DNA from: Octopus sinensis
Lineage: Eukaryota
DNA: 64,000 bases
Reading direction: 5' to 3'
NCBI RefSeq assembly: GCF_006345805.1
Contig: NC_042998.1
Span: 23,746,001 to 23,810,000, forward strand
The notes beneath the pieces were generated by a model, which did no database searches, was not told the DNA's origin, and was given only the letters and a program-made list of their open reading frames with translations. This document shows positions 49,851-62,765 of this stretch, in pieces; position 1 is the stretch's first letter; each line of letters starts with the position of its first letter. The position numbers and the translations under genes were made by a program.

Positions 49851-50687
49851 TGTACCACCACATACACATACACAAACATATGTGTATTGTTAGGAAATTA
49901 TAAAAACAATGAAAACGTTTTATTGTATAATTTTAACAGGTAAACAGGTAAAGTGACAGTTTTGCATGCTGCACTGTAAAGTCAGGATGAAGTCCATTTG
50001 TCAAAATGGGGAAGTTAGGTGTTAATAGCCAAACTGTGAAACTCTAACAAATTGGCTAAACCTTAGCAAACCATTATAAGCAGAGATTATTGTTCTCTCA
50101 GTTTTTGCGACAGTCCAAGTTGTTTCTGTGAGACAAGGTTGTTCAAACGGATTCTGGAAGCTATGATTGCCTGTTTAGTTTATGCACTTTGTGTTAGGCA
50201 TTTATGGATTTATTTTATGCTCCAGGAATTCACCAGAACTTTTACTTGTCAGATTCAAATAATTTCTGTGTCACATCTGGGTGAGTACAAAAATCTCTTA
50301 AGATATGTTATAATATTTATGTGAATTTCGAACCCTGTATTTGTGGCAGGTTGTGTAGTAATTTTACTAGCTATTTTCTGTTAAGATAAATGTTGAAAAA
50401 TTAGTATAAATAGCTAGAGCATGTATGAATTTGATTTTTCATGGAGCTAATTTTTGTAAAAGACATCTAAACTGTAAATTTTGTCTAATGGTTACTCAGC
50501 ATGCTTGTATGAAGCAGTTTTGTGTGAATTTAAAGCAAACTAGAATTTTTTTGTTTGACTATTCATTTTTTTTTCTATAATTATTGATGTAGTCCAGCAG
50601 CCAGTTTGTGTCATGAACTTTTAGTTTAAGTGGTTGCTTTGACATTAGATTAATTTATGCTTAGGTATAAAGTTCGAAAAGCAAATT

Positions 50688-50950
50688 AGAAAACCAAATT
50701 TATGAAATCCAATTTATGAAACCAAATTTCGGAATCCATATATCAAAAACCAAATTTATGAAACCAAATTTACGAAACCAAATTTATGAAACTAAATTTA
50801 TGAAAATTTCGGAATCCAAATTTATGAACTAAATTTAGGAAACTCAGTTTATGAAACCAAATTCTGGAATCCAAATTTATGAAACCATATTTTTGAAATC
50901 AAGTTTATGAAATCAAGTTTATGAAGCCAAATTTTTGAATCTAAATTTCT
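50688..50950. repeat. Degenerate 14-bp minisatellite (gaaaccaaatttat)
   Basis: Roughly 18 imperfect units read directly. Confidence 0.85.
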
Positions 50951-51467
50951 AAACTGTATATATTTTACTTTTGTTAATAATTGTCTTTATTATCTCAAAA
51001 TTTCAATATGCTGGCTTTTATCTACTTATTGCATGGTTAATTTCAGATGAGATCACATGGTTGGGAAGCAGGTTTACACACACACAAATACACATACACA
51101 AACACAACATATATATATATATAAAATTCAGGGTGAATACTTGATAATTGTAAGCACCTGTATATGCCATTTAGTGGTGTAGGTGATAGAGTATATTTAT
51201 CACTCGCGAGTGAAAAACGGGATGGACGCTTCGATTTTGTTTTGGTGCCTTGCTCTGTTGTACACGACTATGAGGATTTGCATCCCCAACATAATTCGTC
51301 TTTTTCCTAAACTTATAATGTAATACATGTCCTTGGAGTAGTAATTGTATGCGGCTGAAGAAGGCTATTGACATACAAATTACATCAATTATGCACTGAT
51401 ATAAACCGTCTAATAAAAGCCAGAAACATATGTACCGCTAAATCCTTTGCATCATGTTTTTATTTTG

Positions 51468-51506
<39 letters not shown>

Positions 51507-51511
51507 TATAT

Positions 51512-51670
51512 ATTGTGGCACTCCATTGGTTATGACAATGAGGGTTCCAGTTGATCCGATCAATGGAATAGCCTGCTTGCGAAATTAATGTGCAAGTGGC
51601 TGAGCCCACCACAGACATGTGTACCCTTAATGTAGTTCTCGGGGAGATTCAGTGTGATACAGTGTGGGAC
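51512..51670 (-). mobile_element. Family D 3' fragment
   Basis: gtggcactccattggttatgac.atgagggttccagttgatcc... Confidence 0.7.
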
Positions 51671-51934
51671 AAGGTTCGCTGAAAGAAGACAGCATGTTCT
51701 TTGTCTATCTCCTTAACTTCTTGGAGACTTTAAGTATAATTATATTAATGTGTCCATCTGTTCTAATTTAATTAAATTCTATGTCCTTGTGCAGCTGAAG
51801 ATTGCTCTGCATTTTAAATTGATGTAATAATTGCATTGTTCAATTAAATGGTGTTGCATGAAACGATCGTACTGCATTGCCTCTGGATATCCTTGTTATA
51901 TATATATATATATGATGGACTCAGCTGTAGAAAT

Positions 51935-52125
51935 GTGTTGTGATGTCACTGGTGCCAAGCTCTACTGGCCCTTGCCTTTCCTTTGGATAACATCGGTGGC
52001 GTGGAAAGGAGAGGCTGGTATGCATGGGTGGCTGCTGGTCTTCCATAAACAACCTTGCCCGGACTTGTGCCTCGGAGGGTAACTTTCTAGGTGCAATCCA
52101 ATGGTCATTCGTAACCAAAAAGCTC
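51935..52125 (+). mobile_element. Family E 3' fragment (empty-site paralog of the 4465 insertion)
   Basis: ggctggtatgcatgggtggctgctggtcttcc is contiguous here. Confidence 0.75.
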
Positions 52126-52358
52126 TCTGATATATATATGTGTATATATATCTATTACACACACACAGATACGCACACACACACATACATACACATATAT
52201 ATATGTATGTATGTATATTTCCTGATTGAAAAATGACTTGTTAAGCAATTTTGATCAAGACAGAAAAGAATGGTGCAAGCAAGACAGAATTGGAAGTGCA
52301 TTGTGATCAGCAATGTATAACAGCATCTGATGGTCTAGTCGATACTATGATGTATGTA

Positions 52359-52412
<54 letters not shown>

Positions 52413-52472
52413 TTGCTGATAGGGACCCTGTATTTTGTTTAGCAACCATAATATACTACCAAGTATATTAAA

Positions 52473-52504
<32 letters not shown>

Positions 52505-53089
52505 ATGCTAACCAACCACATGGTTCTGGGTTCAGTCCCACTGTGTGGCATCTTGGGCAAGTGTCTTCTTCTATTGCATCGGGCCGACCAAAGCCATGTG
52601 AGTGGATTTGGTTGACGGAATCTGAAAGAAGCCTGTCGTATATATATATATATAAATTCTATTTTTGATATCAAACATGCTCCTTACCCTTAAATCAACT
52701 GCAAAAAAACCAAAACAATTACCTCTTTTTTTCTGAATATTGATAATTTGGGTGCTGTAGGGTTATTTTATTTATATTTTATTTATATATGATTATGAGG
52801 TCGTATCATAAAGTACCTGGACTAGTTCTGTAGTACACCAACAGGTGTGCAGTGAAAGGTAGCAGTGACCTTCATGAGGCAGTGTGCAGAGTGACATTGC
52901 TGTGTTTATTTTGCAAGTTGTGAAATTTGTGTTTTTGTGATCACATGTATGGTGTAGACTGTTATTTTGTCATAGACAGGAAAACAGAGCAAGCTTATAA
53001 AGACAAGGCAATGGGTCATACACAGAGTTTCAAGTGGCAAGGGTGCTTCAAAATTGGAAGAATGCTCTTGGAAGATGGTGAGCAATGTA

Positions 53090-53462
53090 CAGGGAGATTC
53101 AAAAGTCTTCATGCATGGGAAAAATTATTTTTTTATAATAGACAGTTTATAAGATCCCCTAGATCCCCTGATCTGACCCCTCTTGATTTCTGTCTTTGGG
53201 GCCATTTGAAAGGCATGGTGTATCATGGAAAGATAAAAGACATAAAGCATTTAAAGGAATGCGTCACCAAATCATTTGCACAAGTATCACCAGATGTGCT
53301 ATTATGAGTTCACAATGAGAGGAATAAATATGTTGCAATATGTATTCAAAACAATGGTAACCATACAGAGCCTGTTGAATATAAAAAAAAACTGTTTTTA
53401 TAAACTGTTTCTTACAAAAAAGATAAATTGTTCCTATGTATGGCGACTTTTGAATCACCCTG
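53090..53462 (+). mobile_element. Internally deleted Tc1-like element
   Basis: TIRs cagggagattcaaaagtc / gacttttgaatcaccctg; RSPRSPDLTPLDFCLWGHLKGMVY. Confidence 0.8.
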
Positions 53463-53469
53463 TTGAAGA

Positions 53470-53797
53470 TCTACTATGAGCGTTACCCCTGGAAATGTGG
53501 TGCCGTGCATCAAATATATGGGAAATTACCACCTGTATCATCTCTTGTGAAAAGTAGAAGAGTCCAGTTTGCTGAACATTGTTGTAGAGCTGAAAACTAG
53601 GTAATTTCCACTCTTCTCCTCTGGAAGCTATCTGCTCGTGATACCAGAGGGTGCACACTCTCCTACCCTGATGTAATCTCCAGGGATACAGGCATCCAGC
53701 AACAGGACCTCCGAAATGCTATGATATACCGTGAAGTCTGGTGTAACATAGTAAATTCCATTGTCTCGACCACGGTCAAACAATGATGATGATGATG
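53470..53797 (+). mobile_element. RTE-type LINE 3' fragment with (GAT)n tail
   Basis: IYGKLPPVSSLVKSRRVQFAEHCCRA...LLLW...DTGI...DLRNAM resembles RTE ORF C-termini. Confidence 0.65.
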
Positions 53798-54219
53798 CAT
53801 CAAGAATTCATCCCACTAGGGCCAGACCATCAATCAAGAGTTCTATTGTGACATTTTGACGTATTTGAGGGAGTACATTCGATGAAAGGGATCTGATCTG
53901 TGAAGCGTGAAGAATTGAACTCTTCATGACGACAATACACCCTGTCACTGAGCTTTTCTCACTCATGAGTTTCTTGCCAAAAACAACATATCACTTTTGC
54001 ATCGTGTGGACTTCCATCTCTTCACCAAGATGAAAATGCAGCTCAAAGGTTGCTGTTTTAACATTGTTGTTGAGACCCAGAGCGAATTGCGGAAGGTTCT
54101 TGACTCAGTTACAAAAACAACTTCCAGGCTGGATTCCAAAAGTGGTAGGAATGCTGTAACTAGTATATTGCTGAACAAGTGGACCGTTTTGAAGATGATG
54201 TTAAAATTTAGTTAATAAG

Positions 54220-54603
54220 CTGCAGGAGTGGCTGTGTGGTAAGTAGCTTGTTTACCAAGCACATGATTCCGGGTTCAGTCCCACTGCGTAACACCTTGGG
54301 CAAGTGTCTTCTACTATAGCCTTGGGTCGACCAAAGCCTTGTGAGTGGACTTGATAGACAGAAACTGAAAGAAGCCCGTCGTATATATGTATATATATGC
54401 GTGTGTGTGTTTGTGTGTCTGTGTTTGTCCCCCTAGCATTGCTTGACAACCGATGCTGGTGTGTTTATGTCCACATTACTTAGCAGTTAGAATAAGTACT
54501 GGGGTTACAAAAGAATAAGTCCTGGGGTCGAGTTGATCGATTAAAGGTGATGCTCCAGCATGGCCGCAGTCAAATGACTGAAATAAGTAAAAGAGTAAAA
54601 GAG
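54220..54603 (+). mobile_element. Family A SINE
   Basis: Full head to (agtaaaag)2 tail. Confidence 0.9.
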
Positions 54604-56554
54604 TAATATTTCGTTTTTGGATTTGGTTTGCAAGATTCCTTACATGAGTTCGTGTGTTGAAGCATATTCTGTTGTGTTTGGGAAGAGTAATTTTCTCTTT
54701 GTGCCTTATAATGTAACACACTCACCAGTAAAATTTCCACTTATTTCTTATTTTTATTTTCCTAAAATTTTCATCTCAATAGTCAAGACTATCGAAAAGG
54801 TTGCAAGACGCAACAAAAATTTTAGTTAATAAGTTATTTTTTAATTAAGCATAACTAATCCAGGAACTTTTTAATACGACCTTGTAGTTGTGGAAAACCA
54901 ACAGAGCAAATCAAAAACCAGAGAAGTGTTTATTTTCAGGATTGGATGTCAATTTACCAAAATAAATGAAATAATTGGTGAATTATGCATTGACGTAAAG
55001 AACTGTAAAGATCTATTGGTTTCCAGTTTAATTCCAGAATCAGATTATATCAGCCTAATTTTTGAATATTTATCAAGAAACAAAACAAAACAAAACAAAA
55101 AACTAAAAGAATAGCAACAAATTGATAATTAGTATTTATTGTAATAAGATATTTGGAATAAAATCCTTCCCTCTCTCACACCCACACACTCACACCCACC
55201 CTATCTTTCTGTCTCTGTCTGTCTCTCTTACTTTTCCTTTTTCACTGTTTCCTACATATATTTATATAATGTTTGTATATACCAGGACTTCAATAAATAA
55301 GGCAGCATTTAAACATTAATGTGATGTAGAATGTTGCCTTACTTATGGATTACTTGTTGTGTGTGTGTGAGAGAGAGAGAGAGAGAAAGATAAATATATA
55401 TATATAGAGAGAGAGAAAGGGTGGGCGAAGTGAGGGAGAACATGTATGAATGTCTGAGCGATAGGAAGGAAAAGAAGAAAGAGATAGAGATACATAGAGA
55501 AGGATGGCGAAAGGAGACGGGCAGAGAGAAAGAGAGCTCATAATTTGATTTACAATGGCAGAATATCTCCCTGTAGAGAATTGATTAAAGTTCATATGTC
55601 AAACGAAGTAAGCAAGAAATTGAAGATATTATTAACCAACTTCAGCTTAGTAGTCTCTTCTAGCAGTGTAATGTCTGCTGTGTAATAATCCCAGAAGCAT
55701 GTAAATACCAAATAAAATCAAGATACAGCCACACATAGAGCATTCACTTATTATAAATGTCTGAAGTGCTTTCACAAACACACTAGCTCAATCTGATTTT
55801 GGTGCATTAGTAACCAATGGCAACTGATATGACATCGTCATTATCATAAGGCAGACTACTCGTTATTTTATTCCCATCATTTGTGTTGTTGTTGTTGTTG
55901 CTGTTGCTGCTGCCAACTGGTTTACTGCAAAATTACAAAAAAACTCTTTTATTCAATTGTTGAAACTATTTAACTGCATTTTTGGAATGTTTTTTGTTGC
56001 TTCTTTTTGGGTTTTTTTTTACAGTTTATTTTGCACAAGTGATAGTTGCACCTGACTGATTATGTTGATGGTGAACTTACTCACCGAAGAGTTAATGAAT
56101 TCCACAGTTCACATCCCATCAATGTGCTGCATTTTGTCCTTGACAAAGACACTGAACCATCCTTGCCCACTAACACTCTCTCTCTCTCTGTTTTTCTCCT
56201 TCTCACTACAAAACTGTTTTTTTTATATTCTCATATCTAAGATGGTGCATTCACTATATTCAGATAATAAAAAACAAAAGCCATATTATTGAATAAGAAC
56301 CTGTGTTAACATAAAAAAAAGTCTTTATGCCATAACTTATTGTATTTCTGAATGAAAAAAATTACTATACTAATTAATAAATGAGGCTTTCAGTCGACAA
56401 AATCTTTAACCAGAAAGGAATGTGATTTATCTGATTTGCTAAAAATTTTTGCACATTCATGAATGTGTAGTATAGTTGTTGCTGCTGTTCTTGATTGAGC
56501 AGGTCTTTGATCAAGATATATCCCCCCATGACCATCACATCATATTTTTCACTT

Positions 56555-56965
56555 GCTAAGAGTACCATATGAGCGAGGTCGTTGCCAGAGCAACAAGCTG
56601 GCCTCTGTCCCCATGGCACATAAAAAACACCATTCGAGCATGGCACTTGTGCTGGTGGCATGTGTAAAAAACATTCGAGCAAGGTCGTTACCAGTGCCAC
56701 TGGGCTGGCTCCTGTGCAGGTGGCACATAAAAAAAACACCATTTGAGCGTGGCCGTTGCCAGTACCGCCAGACTGGCCCTTATGCTGGTGGCACATAAAA
56801 GCACCCACTACACTCTCGGAGTGGTTGGCGTTAGGAAGGGCATCCAGCTGTAGAAACTCTGCCAGATCAGATTGGAGTCCGGTGCAGCCATCTGGTTCGC
56901 CAGACCTCAGTCAAATCATCCAACCCATACTAGCATGGAAAGCAGACGTTAAACGATGATGATGA
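56555..56965 (+). mobile_element. Family B element with subrepeats
   Basis: Subrepeats, tail and (GAT)n. Confidence 0.85.
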
Positions 56966-57599
56966 TTGTATCATTGAGGACTGCATTGAATAAAGCACCC
57001 CTCCTTTGTAATGTGGTGACTCTATGTAGCTTGAGGAGATATGGTTGGTACTTCTAGCAGGCCTTGCAAGAGGCTCCTTTTTCTGCTTGTTCAGCTGTGT
57101 TCTTCGCGTTGTTGAAGATTCTAAGTTGAGAGTGTATCACAAGTGTTAAAGTTCCAGGTCTCTCATCCTTTGAAATGAAAGTAGAAGTTTCTCTAGCTTG
57201 CAAATAAGTTCCATGATGATGTACAGCTTTCCATGGCATGGATTTAAATGTTGAGTATATTGTTAACACGTGGTACTGAATTCATGTGTCTTTTGTTGCA
57301 AATGCTTCCGATAAAATGGTTGTATACCTCTCTCTCTCAAAAATGGAAGTGACTGCCACCTTCATCACCACCTTCATTACCACCACTACCACTGCTGCTG
57401 CTGTCTCCATCACAACCACCGCCACCTCCATCACCACCACTACCACCACCATCATCATCATCATCATTTAATGTCTCCCTTCCAGTTGTCATGGGTTGGA
57501 CAGTTTGACAAGATCTGGCAAGTCTGAAGATGGCACCAAGTTCTGTTGTCTGGGTACCAGTACACACCGAGTCACTAAGTAACTTGCAAGTTACTGTTA

Positions 57600-57631
<32 letters not shown>

Positions 57632-58039
57632 GTTGTTGTTGTTGTTATTCATGGTGGTGGTTGCAACTTTGTTGCTTAGTTTCAGGACAACACTGATCAA
57701 GCGGGCATCTGATCAAGGCACTTTAATCACGACCACCCTGTCTTTCTAGGAATACCTACCATCACATCACCTCTAATGTTTTTTTTACCCCTTATTTAAG
57801 ATGGTGTGATGCTATTTGAGGGAGATTGACAACTATTTCTAGCAAGCTGGGAGGAGCCACTTTACTGTAAAGTAAGCTTCTTATGGGAATAAATGTGATA
57901 TTTTGTCATGTTTTCAAATTTCTCTAAAATTGATAAATTAATACCAGTTATATATTAGGGTTCAACTGAATTGACAACAGCCTCCCTCAAAAATGCATTG
58001 CCTTTCACTAAATTTGGAAGTAATAATGTCAGATACCAC

Positions 58040-58397
58040 AATAACAGTAGCAGCAGTAGTAGTAGCAGTAGTAGTAGTAGTAGTAGTGGTGATAGTGGTA
58101 GTGGTGGCGGTGATGATGGCGATGGTAGTAGTAGTGGTGGTGGTGGGGGTGATGGTGGTGATGATGGTGGTGATTGTGGTGTTGGTGGTAGTGGCAGTGA
58201 TGGTGGTGATAATGGTGGTGATTGTGGTGTTGGTGGTGGTGGTGGTGGTGGCAGTGATTGTGGTGGTGATAGTGGGGTTGTAGTGAAGGTGGTGGTGGTG
58301 GTAGTAGTAGTATTGGTGGTGGTGGTGGTAGTAATAATAGTGAGGGTGATGGTGGTGTGGTGATTTTAGTAGTAGTAGTAGTAGTAGTAGTAGTAGA
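58040..58397. repeat. (GGT/GTA/GAT)n compound microsatellite
   Basis: Direct reading. Confidence 0.95.
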
Positions 58398-59399
58398 AGC
58401 CTGCTTTGGGCCAGAAATTACCTGACTCTATCTAGAGTTTATTAAAACCCTTTAAACAGCTCAGTCAATTTTCACTCAAGTCCATCCAATCTTCTTCTAT
58501 TTATATTACCTCTCTTCTTCTCTCCGACCAATCTATTTCCCTTAATTGTTTTCATTACATCACCTGAACAGCCAGCTTGTCAGTGTTGGCAATATTCATG
58601 CAGCTTCACCTTCTTTGAGACGGATCATCTGAAAGGCTAGCTGTTGATACTTTTCCAATTTCATCGGCTGATATTCATGGTTATTATTATCACCAGAAGA
58701 ACATGCTCTATCATTAATTCACATATATAATTAAATTGAGATTTTTTGAATTGGTAACTTTGCATACATGGTATTTGGAATATCAGCAAATTTCCTTTCT
58801 TCCTTCGAATTTTTCTTTTTCGGTTCTTCTTCTCTATGGCCTACTCTTCTCTTCTTCGCATCTAAATTCCTATTACATTGCATTTCTTTCTATTACCTTT
58901 AGCATTACAATTCCTTATTCTAAGAATTACCATCTTGTGAAAATCCTTTCATTTTTATGCCGTTGCCATAACAAACAGATCACGAATTCTTCAGGGTCTT
59001 CTTACACCGTAGCCATCATCCTACTCCCTTTCTCCAGCCTTCAGACCCAACTTCTAAGGAAATGGTAAAAACTGATACAAGGGGGCAAAAAAAAAAAATG
59101 CTGCTGCAAATGAATTTTCAATTTTTTTTCTTTCTGTTTTTGCCATGTCACTATGACAGTTTTTAATGAATAACTAACTAAATCATTAATTTATTTATGA
59201 AAAAAGACAAATGTCACCATGCAATATACAGATAAGAGCTTATTTTTATTTACTCGCTTACTTAATAAGTTGTTATTTCTGTTTCTGGCAGAAATGCATC
59301 AATATTAGAATCAATAAACGAGATGACGGATTTTCTCTGTGAAGCCACGAGCCCACGAGTCCAGCAGCAGATTCTCTTACCGTTTTGTGCTTCCCTTCA

Positions 59400-60140
59400 C
59401 CCACCCACCACTGCTGCCACCATCACCACCACTACTACCACCAACAGCAACAACAACACCAGCACCACAGCTACCACAACCACCATCACCGCCACCAACA
59501 ACAACAACAAAACCAGCACCACTGACACTACCACCACCATCACTGCCACCAACAACAACAACAACAACACCAGCACCACAGCCACCACCACCACCAACAA
59601 CAACAACAATACCAGCACCACTGACACCACCACCACCGCCACCACCGTAACCACCACCAACAACACCAGCACCACCACTAACAACAACACCAACAACAAG
59701 AATACCAGCATCACTGACACCACCACCGCCAACACCATAACCACCACCAACAACAACAATACTAGCACCACTGACACCACCACCGCCAACACTGTAACCA
59801 CCAACAACAACAACAACAACAATACTAGCACCACTGACACCACCACCGCCAACACCATAACCACCACCACCACCAACAACAACAATACTAGCACCACTGA
59901 CACCACCACCGCCAACACTGTAACCACCACCACCAACAACAACAACACCAGCACCACTGCCACTACCAACAACAACAACAACAAAAACACCAGGACCACC
60001 ACCACCACTGCCGTCCCCACCACCACCAACAATAACAGCAACAACAAAACAACAACACCAGCATCAGCGCCACCACCAGCGCCACTGTCACCACCACAAC
60101 TGACTCAAATGTTACTACTACTACTACTACTACTACTACT
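59400..60140. repeat. (ACC/AAC)n compound repeat with ~57-63-bp higher-order units
   Basis: aacaatactagcaccactgacaccaccaccgccaacac(c/t)(a/g)taaccacc repeated about four times at 59700-59930. Confidence 0.9.
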
Positions 60141-60773
60141 GCTGTTGATGCTCTTTTCTCCATGAACTATAAGGAATTTCATAAAGCCAGTGCTTGCCTC
60201 TGGATTATATAATGCTAATCAGATGAAAGTTATATCCATTCTGGACACTAGTTGACATTCGTTGAAGACATCATGCCTCTTTCTTACACTGCAGTAAATT
60301 GAGAACCATTGAAATTAAGTAATCTGTTCATATCCTCCTCCTCGTCATCGTCATCACCATCAGCAGCAGCATCACCATCATAACCATCATTATCACCATC
60401 ATCAACATCATCAGCATCACCATCATCACCATCATCATCAGCATCATCATCAGCAGCAGCATCAGTATCATCATCATCATGGTAATTGCTATCAACACTA
60501 CCACTGTCATCGTTGTTGTTGTTGTCATCGTCATCATCATCATTTATCATCTGTTTTGTGTGATGTCGTCTGTGAGGCCCAGTATCCCCATCACTTCCCT
60601 TGTTTGTTTTTCTGCTGCTAAAATAAAATGCTTACTACGCAGTCTAAACTTACAGACATTGCTTTGGTTGTCCAATATCTCGTGAACTTTGCAATGCCAC
60701 CTCTTTAATAATAACTATTATTATGCTATAAAGATTCTTCTTTTTCATGAGATGAAGTTATTACATGCTTTAA

Positions 60774-61839
60774 CCCTTTTGTTACCATATTTCTGTTGAG
60801 ATGCTCTGTGTTTCTTTCAATTAATTGTAAATATAACAAAGAATTTCGTAAAATAATTTAGTTAACACTAAGCTAGTGTTAGAAACATAAATTGCGACTA
60901 AGGTTTGGTGGAAGATTTTAATTCAAAACTTATGTAAACAAGACATCTGTACTAAAGAGTTTCAGGTAGTTGGTGTCAAAAGGGTTAAATTAATCATTTG
61001 TTAACCCTTTTGTTACCATATTCCTGTTGAGATGCTCTGTGTTTCTTTCAATTAATTTTAAATTAGTTAAATAATTTAGTTATCATTAAGCTAGTGTTAG
61101 GAACATAAATTGTTACTAAGGTTTGGTGGAAGATTTTAATTGAGAACTTTTGAAAACAAGATATTTGTACCACAGAGCCAGAGGCAGTTTCAGCCAAGTT
61201 GGTATCAAATGGGTTAAATTAAACATTTGTTAACCCTTTTGTCACCATATTTCTGTTGAGATGCTCTGTATTCTTATATTTTTAAATTCTTTTATTTGTT
61301 TCAGTCATTTGACTGCAGCCATGCTAGAGCACTGCCTTTAGTCAAGGAAATCGACCCTAGGACTTATTCAAGCTTTGTACTTATTCTATCGGTCTCTTGC
61401 CGAACTGCTAAGTTATGGGACGTGAACACACCAGCATCGGTTGTCAAGCGATGTTGGGGGACAAACACAGACACTCAAACATATACATACATATATATAT
61501 GATGGGCTTCTTTCAGTTTCCGTCTACCAAATCCACTCACAAGGCTTTGGTCAGCCCAAGGCTATAGAAGACACTTGCCCGAGGTGCCATGCAGTTGGAA
61601 TGAACCTGGAACCATGTGGTTGCTAAGCAAGCTACTTACCACACAACCACTCCTCTATTTCAATTAATTTTAAATATAACAAAGAATTTAGTAAAATAAC
61701 TTAGTCATCATTAAGCTAGTGTTAGGAACTTAAATTGTTACTAAGGTTTAGTGGAAGATTTTAATTCAGAACTTTTGAAAGCAAGACAATTTGTACTACA
61801 GAGCCAGAGGAGATTTTAGCCAGGGTGGTTTCAAAATGG
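60774..61839. mobile_element. Three tandem piggyBac-type MITE copies; the third is interrupted by a family A SINE (61288-61655)
   Basis: TTAA|cccttttg...caaaaggg|TTAA units at 60774-60984, 61005-61213 and 61234-61839; 12-bp spacers attaatcatttg and attaaacatttg. Confidence 0.85.
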
Positions 61840-62094
61840 TTAAGATGCATAGAAGTAAGAATTTATAATGTTTCTACTTACCTGAAACATAATACGCTAG
61901 AATTTAAGATATTCTTTCTACTGATAATTAAACGAGAGTTATAAATTTGGTTTACTAAGAACTTATCGCTTCACCATTATTGTTACTTAGTCATAATCAA
62001 TATTATTATAGGAGCCATCTTTCTTTGTCCATATGTCTATTCATCTTGATATAAAGATGATTTTCATGAAAAATATTTACTCTCTCTTTTTTCC

Positions 62095-62315
62095 CTTTTT
62101 ACACTCTTTTAGTTGTTTCAGTCATTTGACTGCAGCCATACTAGAGTACCGCCTCTTAGTCGAGCAGATTGACCCCAGGACTTATTCTTTGGAAGCCTAG
62201 TACTTATTCTATCAGTCTCTTTTGCTGAACTGCTAAGTTATGGGGATGTAAACACACCAGCATCGGTTGTCAAGCGATGTTGGGGGGGGGGACAAACACA
62301 GACGCACAAACATAT

Positions 62316-62361
<46 letters not shown>

Positions 62362-62765
62362 CTTTACTGCCCACAAGGAGCTAAACATAGAGGGGACAAA
62401 CAAGGACAGACGAAGGGATTGAGTCGATTATATCGCCCCTAGTGCAAAACTGGTACTTTATTTATCGACCCCAAAAGGATGAAAGGCAAAGTTGACCTCG
62501 GTGGAATTTGAACTCAGAACGTAACAGCAGACGAAATACCACTAAGCATTTCGCCCGGCGCGCTAACGTGTCTGCCAGCTTGTCGCCTATACACATATAT
62601 ACGACAGGCTTCTTTCAGTTTCCGTCTACCAAATCCACTCACAAAGCTTTGGTCGACCCGAGGCTATAGTAGAAGACACTTGCCCAAGGTGCCACGCAGT
62701 GGGACTGAACCTGGAACCATGTAGTTGGTAACCAAGCTACTTACCACACAGCCACTCCTGCGCCT
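62095..62765 (-). mobile_element. Family A SINE with a family C monomer (62357-62588) nested in its internal (TA)n
   Basis: Family A halves on each side of a complete family C unit. Confidence 0.88.

Larger units (their letters stand above)
52796..54884 (+). mobile_element. Decayed mariner element with nested Tc1 MITE, RTE fragment and SINE
   Basis: TA|tgaggtcgtatcataaagtacctggactag ... ctaatccaggaactttttaatacgaccttg|TA; remnants KAMGHTQSFKWQGCFKIGR, LHDDN, DFHLFTKMKMQLKG. Confidence 0.8.

Noticed and set aside
51204-51306. CpG-rich candidate minus-strand exon (KKTNYVGDANPHSRVQQSK...) and an ATTTGCAT octamer
   Set aside because: The acceptor is weak, no homology is recognised, and a single octamer is expected by chance in 64 kb.
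56046-56240. Protein-like ORF LTDYVDGELTHRRVNEF...
   Set aside because: It overlaps a decayed SINE-like CORE motif (tgtccttgacaaagacact) and has no supporting splice structure.
59323-60165. 280-aa Thr/Asn-rich mucin-like ORF with many NTS sequons and a Leu-rich C-terminus (GPI-like)
   Set aside because: It is explained by ACC/AAC and CTA trinucleotide repeats. There is no signal peptide or recognisable domain, and the opposite strand is open too. It would need RNA or proteomic support.
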